A stretch of DNA of 64,000 nt from positions 1 through 64,000 of the forward strand of contig JBKBYA010000003.1 of the NCBI GenBank assembly GCA_046313635.1. The letters are read 5' to 3'. The stretch comes from Pyrinomonadaceae bacterium. Its GTDB lineage: Bacteria > Acidobacteriota > Blastocatellia > Pyrinomonadales > Pyrinomonadaceae. The notes below the pieces were generated by a model. That model ran no database searches and was not told the DNA's origin. It was given only the letters and a program-made list of their open reading frames with translations. Every line of letters starts with the position of its first letter. Within the stretch, counting starts at the first letter, position 1. This document shows positions 37,564 through 46,984 of this stretch, piece by piece. Made by a program: the position numbers and the translations under genes.

Positions 37564-38940
37564 ATGACCCTCCACGAAGCAGCGACCTACAAGTCTCACG
37601 ATCTCGACGACATCGCCGTCGCGGACGACTCTTGCCCGGTCTGCGGCCGCGAGATGCAGGCCGCGGATCGGATCGCGTCGTCAGAACTCGAGCCGGAACT
37701 TTTTGGATTGATAAAGGCCAACGCTCCGTCGGTCGACCGGCTGCAATGGATTTGCCGCCGCTGCGTCGGACTATTTGAATCTGCAAAAGAGCAGATCGTC
37801 GCCGAGGCCGCCGTGACCAAGGACGGCTCGCACGTTCTGTCGACGCCGCTCAGGCTCGACGCCGATACGAGATACACCGGTAAGGGCGTGACGATCGCAT
37901 TTCTCGACTCGGGATTTTACCCGCATGTCGATCTGACGACGCCGCGAAACCGCATCCTCGCATACCGCAGCCTGCTTGAGCCGGACGGCTCGCTCGAGTC
38001 GCTATTCAAGCCCGACGTCGCGAGCTGGCATGGGATGATGACGTCGGTCGTCGCGGCCGGCAACGGGCATCTCTCCAACGGCTTTTACCGCGGCCTCGCG
38101 CCCGAGTCCGACGTCGTGCTCGTCAAGCTTGCGCGTACGGGCCGCATCACCGACGACAACATCCGCGAGGGGCTCGAATGGGTGCTCGCCAATCGCGAAA
38201 AGTACAACATTCGCGTCGTCAATATCTCGGCCGGCGGCGACGACGAAAAGAGCTATCTCGACGACCCTCTCTCGCAGACCGTCGAGGAATGCAGCCGCGC
38301 CGGCATCGCGGTCGTCTGCGCGGTCGGCAACGCCGGCCACCTGCCGGATCATCCCGTCGTGCCGCCGGCGAGCTCTCCGTCGGCGATCGCCGTCGGCGGT
38401 CTCGACGACCAGAACTCGATCAACCGCGCGCGTCGCGGGATGTATCGCTCGTCGTACGGCCCGACCATCGACGGCCTGCAAAAGCCGGAGGTGATCGCCC
38501 CGTCGATCTGGGTGCCGGCGCCGATACTGCCCAATACGCCCACCGCGCAGCAGGCCGCCCTGCTCGAGAAGCTCGACCGCGCGCCGGACGACGATCTGAA
38601 CTCGATCATTCAAAAACACGCCGGCGTCGACCCCGAACTCGACGCCGCCGCCGACCGACCGCCGCACATCATCCGGCAGATGATCGTGCTCAAGATCCGC
38701 CGCGAGAACGTCATCACACGTAACTACAAGTACGTTGACGGCACATCCTTTTCGGCGCCTATCGTCTCGTCGCTCGTCGCGCAGATGATCGAGGCGAACC
38801 CGCGTCTAACTCCATCGCAGATCAAGCGCATCTTGATCACGACGGCCGAGCGGCTGCCGCACATCGAGGTCGATCGCCAGGGCTGGGGCGTGATCGACCC
38901 GCGTCGAGCGGTAGCGGCCGCAGAGAACTTTTCCAGATAA
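37564..38940 (+). CDS. S8 subtilase (AprX-like, no signal peptide) with N-terminal CxxC...CxxC
   Basis: FLDSG, WHG, AVGN, GTSFSAP catalytic motifs. Confidence 0.92.
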   Translation: MTLHEAATYKSHDLDDIAVADDSCPVCGREMQAADRIASSELEPELFGLIKANAPSVDRLQWICRRCVGLFESAKEQIVAEAAVTKDGSHVLSTPLRLDADTRYTGKGVTIAFLDSGFYPHVDLTTPRNRILAYRSLLEPDGSLESLFKPDVASWHGMMTSVVAAGNGHLSNGFYRGLAPESDVVLVKLARTGRITDDNIREGLEWVLANREKYNIRVVNISAGGDDEKSYLDDPLSQTVEECSRAGIAVVCAVGNAGHLPDHPVVPPASSPSAIAVGGLDDQNSINRARRGMYRSSYGPTIDGLQKPEVIAPSIWVPAPILPNTPTAQQAALLEKLDRAPDDDLNSIIQKHAGVDPELDAAADRPPHIIRQMIVLKIRRENVITRNYKYVDGTSFSAPIVSSLVAQMIEANPRLTPSQIKRILITTAERLPHIEVDRQGWGVIDPRRAVAAAENFSR

Positions 38941-38943
38941 AAA

Positions 38944-39732
38944 TTAACGAGGCCGGTTGGCCGGAGGACGCGGCGGGCTTGGGCGCATCTCGCCCGCGGG
39001 GCCGCCGGGCGGGGGCGTCGTCACCCTCGGACGACCATCCGTCGGCGAAGGCCGCGGCGTGGGCGGCGGAGTCGGCGTGGCCGTGCGCTCAGGCGTGGGC
39101 GTGGCCGTCCGCTCGGGCGTCGGTGTCGCGGTAGGGCTCGGCGACTCGCTCGGGCTCGGGCTCGGTTTGGGCGTCGGCGTCGGGGTCTTGGTGGCGCTGA
39201 CCGTCGGCGTCGCGCCGTTAAAGTAGACGTTGGCGTCAAATCCCGCGTTGAGATTTGCGTTGGTGTTGACGTTTACGTTCGCGTTCCGGTTTGCGGCGCG
39301 GTCGCCCTGCAGCATCCAGAATCCGGCGAGCCCGAGACCGAGCACGGCGAGCGTGGCGATGATCGTCAGCACGACGATCTTAAAAGTGTTTGGCCTTGCC
39401 GGCGGAGGGTAATACGCCGCGGCAGCTCTCGTACGCGACGGCGACCGAGGCTCGGCCGGGCGATCGTCGTAGGTCGGGATGACGATCCGGTCACCGGATC
39501 TCGGTCTGGGCTGCGGCGAACTGTCGAGGCTCTCTACTGCCGCCGCGCCTGCGCCGCGGCGGACGACGGTGACCTCGTCCGGCTCGTCAGACGCCATCTC
39601 GTCCGCGAGTCGGTCGCTCGGCATCGCGACGAATTTCGGCTGCTCCTCGTCGACGAGCGGCGTGCCGTCCTTCGTGCAGAAGCGCATTATCTCTTCGTCG
39701 TAGCGACGGTCGCAGGTCGGGCAGTATTTCAT
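38944..39732 (-). CDS. Zinc-ribbon membrane protein with Asn-rich and Pro/Thr-rich extracytoplasmic tail
   Basis: MKYCPTC...FCTKDGTPL, one TM helix, [19 protein letters not shown] x2. Confidence 0.8.
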   Translation of the reverse strand: MKYCPTCDRRYDEEIMRFCTKDGTPLVDEEQPKFVAMPSDRLADEMASDEPDEVTVVRRGAGAAAVESLDSSPQPRPRSGDRIVIPTYDDRPAEPRSPSRTRAAAAYYPPPARPNTFKIVVLTIIATLAVLGLGLAGFWMLQGDRAANRNANVNVNTNANLNAGFDANVYFNGATPTVSATKTPTPTPKPSPSPSESPSPTATPTPERTATPTPERTATPTPPPTPRPSPTDGRPRVTTPPPGGPAGEMRPSPPRPPANRPR

Positions 39733-39765
39733 CGTATTTTTCGGGCAGAGCCTGAACGCTTTTGG

Positions 39766-39774
39766 ATTCTAGCA
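39766..39774 (-). promoter_or_regulatory. Extended -10 candidate
   Basis: Minus strand TGcTAGAAT, ~33 nt upstream of the ATG at 39732. Confidence 0.45.
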
Positions 39775-39842
39775 CGGTTCGTTTAAGCCTAAGAATCCGG
39801 CCGTCGGTCGTCGCCTGCTCGGACGTTGGGAGCGACCCATCC

Positions 39843-42017
39843 TCAATTTATGTATTCGCTCTCGCCGCCGCCGTCGTCGATCATCGAGACGGGCGCGTCG
39901 GCCGGCCGCTGTTCTTCTTCGAGGTTCCAGATCTCAAAGAGTGCGGGCGGGCATTCCATCACGAATCGCGAAGGCTTTTGCAAGACGGTCTGACGATTGT
40001 AATCGGTCATCATCAGCGGATATGTGATGTAGAGCTCGTCCTTTGCGCGCGTAAGAGCGACGTACCAGAGACGACGCTCCTCTTCTTCGCTGTCGATCTC
40101 TTTGAGCGACCTCGGGCTCGGAAATTTACCTTCCGCCGCCCAGATCAGAAAGACGGCCTTCCACTCGAGACCCTTCGCCTGATGAACGCTCGTCAGCGTC
40201 AGCAGCTCGTCCTCTTCGGCGCCGGAGACGACCTCTTCGCCGACGAGCGGCTGCGGCTCCTTGAATCGCTCGGTCGAGAGCAGGGCGAGCTCGGAGAGGA
40301 ATTCTTCGGTCGAGCGGTAACGGTTGGCGTAGAGTGCGAGGCCGCGGATGTCCTCGGCGCGCGACTCGGCGTTCTCATGATTCTCCTGCAGGTACTGCTC
40401 GTAGCCGTTAGCGAGAATGATCTCGATCTGCTTTGTGGGCTTGTCGCGGTTTTCGTCGGCGACGAGCATCTCGAGCAGTGCAACGAAGCTTGTCCAAGCC
40501 GGCTTGGAGCGGACAGCGGCAGGAGCCTCGATGCTCCGGACGATCGCGAGCGAGTCAGAACCGCCTGCGGCAGCGGGTGGCTGAAGCGCTTCGATCGACT
40601 CGTTGAATTCAGCGGGAGAAGCGTCCGTGTTCAACCGCCCACTACCGTAGGCGGTTCTGACAATTGCTTCGTAAATTCGATTCGCCGTGGCGCGGCCGAC
40701 GCCGGGGATCATCTTTAGAATGCGTTTCCAGGCGAGCTCGTCGCGCGGGTTTGTGATGGCGCGCAGGTATGCGACGACGTCCTTGATGTGCGCCTGTTCA
40801 AAGAATCTGACGCCCGACTGAACTCGATACGGAATGTTGCGTCGCGAGAGCTCGAGCTGCAGCTCGACCGAGTGGTAATGCGAGCGGTAGATGACGGCGA
40901 TGTCCTCGAGGCTCGTACCTTCGTCGCGAAGCTCGAGCACGCGCGACGCGACAAAGGCCGCCTGCTGATCGACGTCTGAACACGGAACGAGCGCCGGCTT
41001 GAAGTCGCGCGAACGCCTGACCGCCTTGAGCATCTTTGGAAACTGCCGGCGGTTGTTGGCGATCGAGACGTTTGCGAGGCCGAGTATCTCGGGCGTCGAG
41101 CGGTAGTTGGTCTCGAGCTTGTAGACGGCGGCCTCGGGATAGCGTTTGGGAAACTCGTAAATGTTCGTAAACTCGGCGCCGCGCCACGCAAAGATCGATT
41201 GCGCGTCGTCGCCGACGACCATTACGTTGCGATGTTTTACAGCCAGCAGGTCGATGAGCTCGGCCTGCAGGCGATTTGTGTCCTGATACTCGTCGACGAG
41301 TATGTGCTGAAACTGCTCGGTGTAAACATTCGAGACCTCGGGCCGCTCGACGAGCAGGCGTTTGAGATTGAGAAGCAGGTCGTCGTAATCCATCACGTTA
41401 CGCTCGCGTTTGCGTTGGTGATAGATGAGGTCGATGCGTTTGATCTGCGCGGTGAGCGGTTCGAAGTACGGATACTTGCGGACGATCACCTCGTCGATCG
41501 GCATATCCGTGTTGGTCGCGTAGCTGACGATGTCCTGCAGGACCTCGGCCTTTGGGAACCGCTTTGCCTTTGTGTCGATCGCCGCGTCTTCGATGCAGAG
41601 ATTGAGCAGGTCGCGGGCGTCTTCGGTGTCGAGGATCGAGTAGTTCTGATCAAATCTGATGCTCGTCGCGTGACGGCGCAGCAGAAGGTTCGCGATGCGG
41701 TGAAACGTGCCGCCCCAGACGCGATGGACGTTTTGGCTGCCGGTCAAAGCCTCTACGCGCCGAAGCATCTCGCGGGCCGCGCGATTGGTGAAAGTCGCGA
41801 GCATTATCCGCTGCGGCGAGACGCCTTGTTCGATGAGATATGCGACGCGATACGTGATCACGCGCGTCTTGCCGCTGCCCGCGCCGGCGACGACGAGCGA
41901 AGCCTTGGGCGGCGCGGTGACGACGCGAAACTGCTCTTCGTTAAGCTCGCTTTTGTAGCGTGTGAGGCGTTCGGGCAGGGCCGAGCCTGCATCGCGTTTG
42001 AGGACGTACTTCTTCAC
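39843..42017 (-). CDS. UvrD/PcrA-family SF1 DNA helicase
   Basis: AGAGSGKT, TFTN, VDEYQDTN, VGDDAQSI, NYRS, SVHQAKGLEW, EERRLWYVALTRA. Confidence 0.95.
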   Translation of the reverse strand: MKKYVLKRDAGSALPERLTRYKSELNEEQFRVVTAPPKASLVVAGAGSGKTRVITYRVAYLIEQGVSPQRIMLATFTNRAAREMLRRVEALTGSQNVHRVWGGTFHRIANLLLRRHATSIRFDQNYSILDTEDARDLLNLCIEDAAIDTKAKRFPKAEVLQDIVSYATNTDMPIDEVIVRKYPYFEPLTAQIKRIDLIYHQRKRERNVMDYDDLLLNLKRLLVERPEVSNVYTEQFQHILVDEYQDTNRLQAELIDLLAVKHRNVMVVGDDAQSIFAWRGAEFTNIYEFPKRYPEAAVYKLETNYRSTPEILGLANVSIANNRRQFPKMLKAVRRSRDFKPALVPCSDVDQQAAFVASRVLELRDEGTSLEDIAVIYRSHYHSVELQLELSRRNIPYRVQSGVRFFEQAHIKDVVAYLRAITNPRDELAWKRILKMIPGVGRATANRIYEAIVRTAYGSGRLNTDASPAEFNESIEALQPPAAAGGSDSLAIVRSIEAPAAVRSKPAWTSFVALLEMLVADENRDKPTKQIEIILANGYEQYLQENHENAESRAEDIRGLALYANRYRSTEEFLSELALLSTERFKEPQPLVGEEVVSGAEEDELLTLTSVHQAKGLEWKAVFLIWAAEGKFPSPRSLKEIDSEEEERRLWYVALTRAKDELYITYPLMMTDYNRQTVLQKPSRFVMECPPALFEIWNLEEEQRPADAPVSMIDDGGGESEYIN
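40554..40661. mobile_element. REP-doublet (REPIN-like) element in frame within the helicase CDS
   Basis: 32-nt arms 40554-40585 and 40630-40661, 27/32 complementary; same family as intergenic arms 28855-28887 and 29083-29116; 108 bp = 36 codons. Confidence 0.82.
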
Positions 42018-42109
42018 CTGACGCCAAGATTAGCACACGCCAAACGGCCTCTCGAACCCGCGCCGGCGATCGACGCGGGCCGCATCAAAAACGCCTTAGC
42101 CGATGCCGC

Positions 42110-42847
42110 TCAGTTCACCGCAAAGCTGATATTGACGACCGCGGTCATATCTTTTTCGATCGTCGTCGTGTCGTAAACGCCGTAGTCCGAGACGTCGGTC
42201 GAGTCGGCCGCGGTGATCTGCAGCACGCCCATCTTCGCCGAGCGGACCGATCCGATGGAGCTGCCCGTGCTGGCGGCGACGCGCTCGGCGCGTTCCTTGG
42301 CGTCTCGCGCCGCCTCGCCAAGCATCTCGATCTTGAGATCGCCGATCTGCGTGTAATAGTACTGCGGCGGCTTTGATTCGATCAGGATGCCCTGGTTGAT
42401 CAGCTCTGTCGCCTCGCGTGCGATCTGCGCGATCCTCTGGACGTCGTTCGAGCGCACCTCGATCTGCTGCTGCAGCGAGTAGCCTGTGACCTCACCGGTC
42501 TCGTTGCCGTCGTTGTCGCGCCGCTTTTGGGTTGTCGTGGTGATGGACGAGACGGTCATCTGGTTTTCGGGAATGCCTTTGGAGAGCAGGTACTGCTTGA
42601 TCCGCGGCGTGCTGTCGGAGATCTGCCTGTACGCGTCTGCGAGCGTCGCCGATTCGGCCGAGACTCCGGCCGTCCACACGACCAGGTCGGACGTGATTCT
42701 TCGCTTGGCCGAGCCGGTGACGGTGATCGCCTCGTCCGGTTTTCGAGCCTTTGCAAAGAACCAGCCGAATATCAGTGACGACACGATCAGGCCGATCGCG
42801 ATCGCGACCCCGGCGTTGAACCAACCGCCGCTACGTTCGCCATTCAT
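42110..42847 (-). CDS. SIMPL (DUF541) domain protein
   Basis: N-terminal TM; ITVTGSAKR, A.RDAKERAE..A, GVLQITA; likely ATG at 42847. Confidence 0.85.
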   Translation of the reverse strand: MNGERSGGWFNAGVAIAIGLIVSSLIFGWFFAKARKPDEAITVTGSAKRRITSDLVVWTAGVSAESATLADAYRQISDSTPRIKQYLLSKGIPENQMTVSSITTTTQKRRDNDGNETGEVTGYSLQQQIEVRSNDVQRIAQIAREATELINQGILIESKPPQYYYTQIGDLKIEMLGEAARDAKERAERVAASTGSSIGSVRSAKMGVLQITAADSTDVSDYGVYDTTTIEKDMTAVVNISFAVN

Positions 42848-42971
42848 AGATTGAAGCTCCTTTGCATCGAGGTGAAATTCAAGCTCATCATACGCCTGTC
42901 GCGACAAAAAGAAAGCTAAAGTCGAGCGTGTGATCGGCGGCGTCGAGATCTAAGACTTTCGCCCGGCCGGA

Positions 42972-42980
42972 TGCTACAAT
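42972..42980 (+). promoter_or_regulatory. Extended -10 promoter candidate for ybaB-recR
   Basis: TGcTACAAT ~50 nt upstream of the ybaB ATG. Confidence 0.5.
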
Positions 42981-43029
42981 CGAAGGACGGTTTTTTGCAG
43001 CAAAAATACGACTTAGAGGTAGGTCAATT

Positions 43030-43335
43030 ATGAAATTTCCCGGCGGTTTTGATATGAACGCGATGATGCAGCAGGCCCAGCAGATGCAGGAAAAGATGGC
43101 CCGCGAAATGAAGGAAACCACCGTCGAGGCGTCGGCCGGCGGCGGCGTCGTCGCGGTCAAGATGCGCGGCGATTTTGAGGTCGTCTCGCTCACGCTCTCG
43201 CCCGATCTCGTCAAGGACGGCGACGTCGAAATGATCCAGGACCTCACCGTCGCGGCCCTCAATGAAGCCCGACGCAAGGTCGAAGAATCGCTCAAAGGCA
43301 AGCTCGGCGGCATGCTCCCGCCGGGGATGATGTGA
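43030..43335 (+). CDS. ybaB: YbaB/EbfC nucleoid-associated protein
   Basis: MMQQAQQMQ, SAGGGVV, DVEMIQDL..AALNEA; upstream of recR. Confidence 0.95.
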   Translation: MKFPGGFDMNAMMQQAQQMQEKMAREMKETTVEASAGGGVVAVKMRGDFEVVSLTLSPDLVKDGDVEMIQDLTVAALNEARRKVEESLKGKLGGMLPPGMM

Positions 43336-43339
43336 CGGA

Positions 43340-43425
43340 ATTTTCGATTTTAGATTTGCGATTTGCGATTGCGGAGAGCTGATCGCCGAGGCCGAATCGC
43401 AAATCGAAAATCGCAATTCGAAAAT
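43340..43425. repeat. Inverted repeat of 7-nt tandem units (ATTT[T/G]CG)n ... (CG[A/C]AAAT)n (ybaB-recR)
   Basis: Left ATTTTCG ATTTTAG ATTTGCG ATTTGCG ATTGCGG; right CCGAATCGCAAATCGAAAATCGCAATTCGAAAAT; same unit class as 307-395. Confidence 0.9.
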
Positions 43426-43429
43426 CTAC

Positions 43430-44044
43430 ATGCTTGATTACTCAGAACCCGTCGCCAAGCTGATCGACGAATTCAAGCGCCTGCCGGGCGTGGGGCAGAA
43501 GTCGGCGCAGAGGCTGGCGTTCTATGTGATGCGAAGGCCCGAGGCCGAGGTGCGCAGCTTTGCAAACGCTCTCCTCGAGGTTAAAGAAAGGATCACCTTT
43601 TGCTCGACGTGCAACAACCTCACAGACGTCGACCCGTGCCTTTACTGCGCAAATCCGAAGCGTGACCGTTCGATCATATGCATCGTCGAGGAGCCGTACA
43701 ATCTCGTCGCCGTCGAAAAGACGCGCTCATTCAAAGGTCTCTATCACGTGCTGCACGGCTCGCTCTCGCCGATCCGCGGCGTCGGGCCCGACGAGCTGAT
43801 GCTCGCCAATCTGCTGCCGCGTCTGATGCCCGAGAATAACGACGGCGTCGATGTGCGCGAGGTCATCATCGCGACCAACCCGACGACCGAGGGCGAGGCG
43901 ACGGCGAACTACATCGCACGGCTTCTCAAGCCGCTCGGCGTGCGCGTCACGCGCATCGCGATGGGAATGCCGGTCGGGTCAGATCTCGAATTCGTCGACG
44001 AGGTCACGATGGACAAGGCGCTGGCGAATCGTCACGAGATCTAG
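43430..44044 (+). CDS. recR: Recombination mediator RecR
   Basis: LPGVGQKSAQRLA, C4 zinc finger, YHVLHG, TEGEATA Toprim. Confidence 0.98.
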   Translation: MLDYSEPVAKLIDEFKRLPGVGQKSAQRLAFYVMRRPEAEVRSFANALLEVKERITFCSTCNNLTDVDPCLYCANPKRDRSIICIVEEPYNLVAVEKTRSFKGLYHVLHGSLSPIRGVGPDELMLANLLPRLMPENNDGVDVREVIIATNPTTEGEATANYIARLLKPLGVRVTRIAMGMPVGSDLEFVDEVTMDKALANRHEI

Positions 44045-44050
44045 GGAGTG

Positions 44051-44278
44051 GTGAGGTGTGAACCGTAAGCGGTAAGTGGTAAGCGGTAAATGGTAAGCGG
44101 TAAGCGGTAAATGGTAAATGCAGAGTTTTTGATCGGGGCTGTGCGGAACATTTTACGACGGCTCACGACCAGCTGATCATCCCGTCTCGACCAGTAACTA
44201 CGATCTTCCATTTACCATTTACCATTTACCACTTACCGTTTACCGCTTACACCTTACACCTCACCGTTCACACTTCAC
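44051..44278. repeat. Inverted repeat of 10 x 7-nt units per arm, (GTAA[G/A][C/T]G)n ... (C[A/G][T/C]TTAC)n, 88-nt spacer
   Basis: Left 44051-44120, right 44209-44278; outer units on both arms change to GTGA../..TCAC. Confidence 0.93.
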
Positions 44279-44290
44279 GACTGACCACCC

Positions 44291-45667
44291 ATGGCGACGG
44301 AAATCAAAGAGCTGCGGCTGCCGGACCTGATACTTGATCGCCGGGCGCCGCTTGCTTTTCGGCTGCTGCTGGGAGCTTTCGGCATCGCGCTTCGACTCTT
44401 TTTTCGGCGTATCGAGACGGTCAACGCCGATCGCGTCCCCGAACGCGGCGGCGTTATCTTCGTGCTCAATCATCCAAACGGTCTGATCGATCCGGCCCTC
44501 GTCTTTGTCGCGCTGCCGAGGCTTATCTCGTTCCTTGCAAAGTCGACCTTGTTTCGGATGCCGGTCATCTCGTGGATCCTCAAGACGGCCGAGGCGCTGC
44601 CGATCTACCGCAGGATCGATGCGGGCGAGGACGTTTCGCAAAATCAAAAGACATTCGACGCGGCCCGCGAGCTCCTTAAACGCGGCGGTTCGATCGCGCT
44701 CTTTCCCGAAGGCGTCTCGCACAACTCGCCAAAGCTCTTGCCGATCAAGACCGGCGCGGCCCGCATCGCGCTCGGGGCGGCGAACGATGTGAGAGATGAA
44801 GAGCAGAAGCTCGACGTCCTGATCGTGCCGGTCGGGCTTTACTACACGAGCAAGACGACGTTTCGCAGCGAGGCACTGCTTCACTTTGGCGAGCCTTTCG
44901 CGGTGCCGCGCGTCGAGCTCGACGCGGATGGCCAGCCGCCCCGCGAAGAGGTCAGGCGGCTGACGCAGCGGATCGAAGAAGCGCTTCGCGAGGTGACGCT
45001 CAATGCCGAGTCCGATGCCGAGCTGCAGACGGCCCGCATCGCCGAACGCATCTTTGCCGCCGCGGCCGAGTCAGAGACGCTCGGCGAGAGACTCGAGTTT
45101 CTCAAGACGTACGTCGCGCGCGGCGAGGACACGTCCGGCTCGTACGATCTCGACGCCGAGCTGAAAAGATTCGACGCGCGGCTCGCGGCGCGGGGCATCG
45201 AGCCCGAGCACCTTTCGCTGTCGCGCTTTTCTAAACGATTCGTCATCCGGCAGGCGATCGTTCAGACGTGGCCGCTCGTCCTGCTCGCTCCGCCGGCCGC
45301 CGCGGGAGCGCTGCTGCATCTGCCGGCTTACGAGATGTGCCGTCTGCTCGCGTATCTGATCACGCACCACGGCGCCGACGATGTCGCGTCGACCGTCAAA
45401 GTGCTCGCGGCGATGATCTTCATGCCGCTCACTTGGCTTGTCGCGGCGGTCGTGGTCTATCAGTTTTTCGGCTGGGAATGGGCGCTGGCATCGCTGCCGG
45501 CGTCGGCCGCGCTCGGCTACATCGCGCTTTATACGCTGGAGGAGGCGACAGAGCTAAGCGGGTGGGCAAAGGCCGTCTGGCTTTACCTCACCCGCCGTGA
45601 AGAGTTCCTGCGGTTGTTTGTCGAGCGGCTCAGGCTGCAGCGGCACCTGAGCGAGATCGGCGATTAG
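44291..45667 (+). CDS. Lysophospholipid/glycerol acyltransferase with C-terminal membrane domain
   Basis: NHPNGLID, FLAKSTLF, FPEG motifs. Confidence 0.88.
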   Translation: MATEIKELRLPDLILDRRAPLAFRLLLGAFGIALRLFFRRIETVNADRVPERGGVIFVLNHPNGLIDPALVFVALPRLISFLAKSTLFRMPVISWILKTAEALPIYRRIDAGEDVSQNQKTFDAARELLKRGGSIALFPEGVSHNSPKLLPIKTGAARIALGAANDVRDEEQKLDVLIVPVGLYYTSKTTFRSEALLHFGEPFAVPRVELDADGQPPREEVRRLTQRIEEALREVTLNAESDAELQTARIAERIFAAAAESETLGERLEFLKTYVARGEDTSGSYDLDAELKRFDARLAARGIEPEHLSLSRFSKRFVIRQAIVQTWPLVLLAPPAAAGALLHLPAYEMCRLLAYLITHHGADDVASTVKVLAAMIFMPLTWLVAAVVVYQFFGWEWALASLPASAALGYIALYTLEEATELSGWAKAVWLYLTRREEFLRLFVERLRLQRHLSEIGD

Positions 45668-46278
45668 AACCTGACGACCTCGGCCTCGGCCTCGGACGCG
45701 TTGCGAGACTTTTTCCATTCGCCCTCGTCCTCGTAGAAATTGACGTCAAACGTCAAGAGACTCTTGACCGGGATGCCGTCAAAATCCGTCGGCCCGTCCT
45801 CAAACCGCACGATCGCGCCGCAGCCGATGACCTCTACGCCCAACTCGCGCAGCAGGTCGATCCCCTCGCGCATAGCGTTGCCCGAGCGGATAATGTCGTC
45901 CACCAGTATCGCCGGATGGATGTCGTCGCCGTTGATGTACTGCCTAAACTGCCGCTTGCCGTTCTCGAGCTCGGCCCAGTAGATCTGCTCGGCGCCGAGA
46001 GCCTCGCGGACGCCAAAGGCGACCATGATGCCGCCCGGGCTCGGGCTGACGACCGAGACCTTTGGCAGGCGGCTCGAGATCGATTTCTCCATTCGGAAAA
46101 GCCGGCTCAGACCGACCGACAGGATCCGCGCGTTGTCGTAGTAGCGAAACGCAAGCGGCATCTGAAAGTAATGCGACGCGTGCTTGCCGTTCGGATATAA
46201 AAAATGTCCTTTGCGGTAGGCGCCGGTCTTGACGAGGATGTCCATCACGGACTCCGGCGACGGTACGAGATCAACCAT
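45664..46278 (-). CDS. Type I phosphoribosyltransferase (PyrE-like)
   Basis: GAYRKGHF..PNGKH...YFQ, ILVDDIIRSG PRPP loop. Confidence 0.8.
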   Translation of the reverse strand: MVDLVPSPESVMDILVKTGAYRKGHFLYPNGKHASHYFQMPLAFRYYDNARILSVGLSRLFRMEKSISSRLPKVSVVSPSPGGIMVAFGVREALGAEQIYWAELENGKRQFRQYINGDDIHPAILVDDIIRSGNAMREGIDLLRELGVEVIGCGAIVRFEDGPTDFDGIPVKSLLTFDVNFYEDEGEWKKSRNASEAEAEVVRF

Positions 46279-46356
46279 TCTTATCTCCTTGAAACTTCTT
46301 GACCAAAATTAACCGTTTCAGCAAGTTTTCGATTCTATCGGCCGCATCGCCGTAAT

Positions 46357-46812
46357 TCAAACCGCTCGCTTGACCAACCTCTCGATCGCCGCGCGCTGCG
46401 GGGCGGCCATTCCCTCGGGCAGCGCGTCGACGTCAAACCAGCCGAGACGATAGATCTCGCGGCTCAGCACCACCGGCTCCCCGACCGGCCGGGCAGAAAA
46501 GAGCAGCTCGACGTGACGCCGCGTCGTGGCGGCGCTCACCAGACGGACGTCCGTCAGCTCGATCCCGATCTCTTCGCGAATCTCTCTTTTTAGGGCATCG
46601 ATTGGCTGCTCGCCGGAATCCAAAAGGCCGCCTGGAATGCCCCAGCCGCAACTTGGACGCAGAACATGCTCAAGCAGCAGCACTCGCGAACGGTCGTCGA
46701 GAACGATCGCCGCGACCGACACAGTGAATGTCGTCTGCGTCGCCCGGACGACGCTCATTCTCACGGGCCGAGGCAGCGCTTTCCAGATATAGCCGAGCGA
46801 TTTACGAAACAT
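46357..46812 (-). CDS. NUDIX hydrolase
   Basis: Nudix box PGGLLDSGEQPIDALKREIREEIG; probable ATG at 46812. Confidence 0.85.
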   Translation of the reverse strand: MFRKSLGYIWKALPRPVRMSVVRATQTTFTVSVAAIVLDDRSRVLLLEHVLRPSCGWGIPGGLLDSGEQPIDALKREIREEIGIELTDVRLVSAATTRRHVELLFSARPVGEPVVLSREIYRLGWFDVDALPEGMAAPQRAAIERLVKRAV

Positions 46813-46984
46813 TTCTAGAGGAGCGAACAGGCGGCCGCGGTACGAAAAGCGGCTCGTCCGACAAGCCGGCTCGGCCGGCAAAGTTTCACAGATATCAGTT
46901 ATCACGCCGGCGGCCGGGCCCACAGCTTCACAAGTCCGCCGGAACCCGTAAACCTTACCATTTTCAAAGAGAAGTATTCTAAAC

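Noticed and set aside
44051..44278. Possible CRISPR array
   Set aside because: Units are 7 nt with no unique spacers between them, the arms are inverted, and no cas genes are present.
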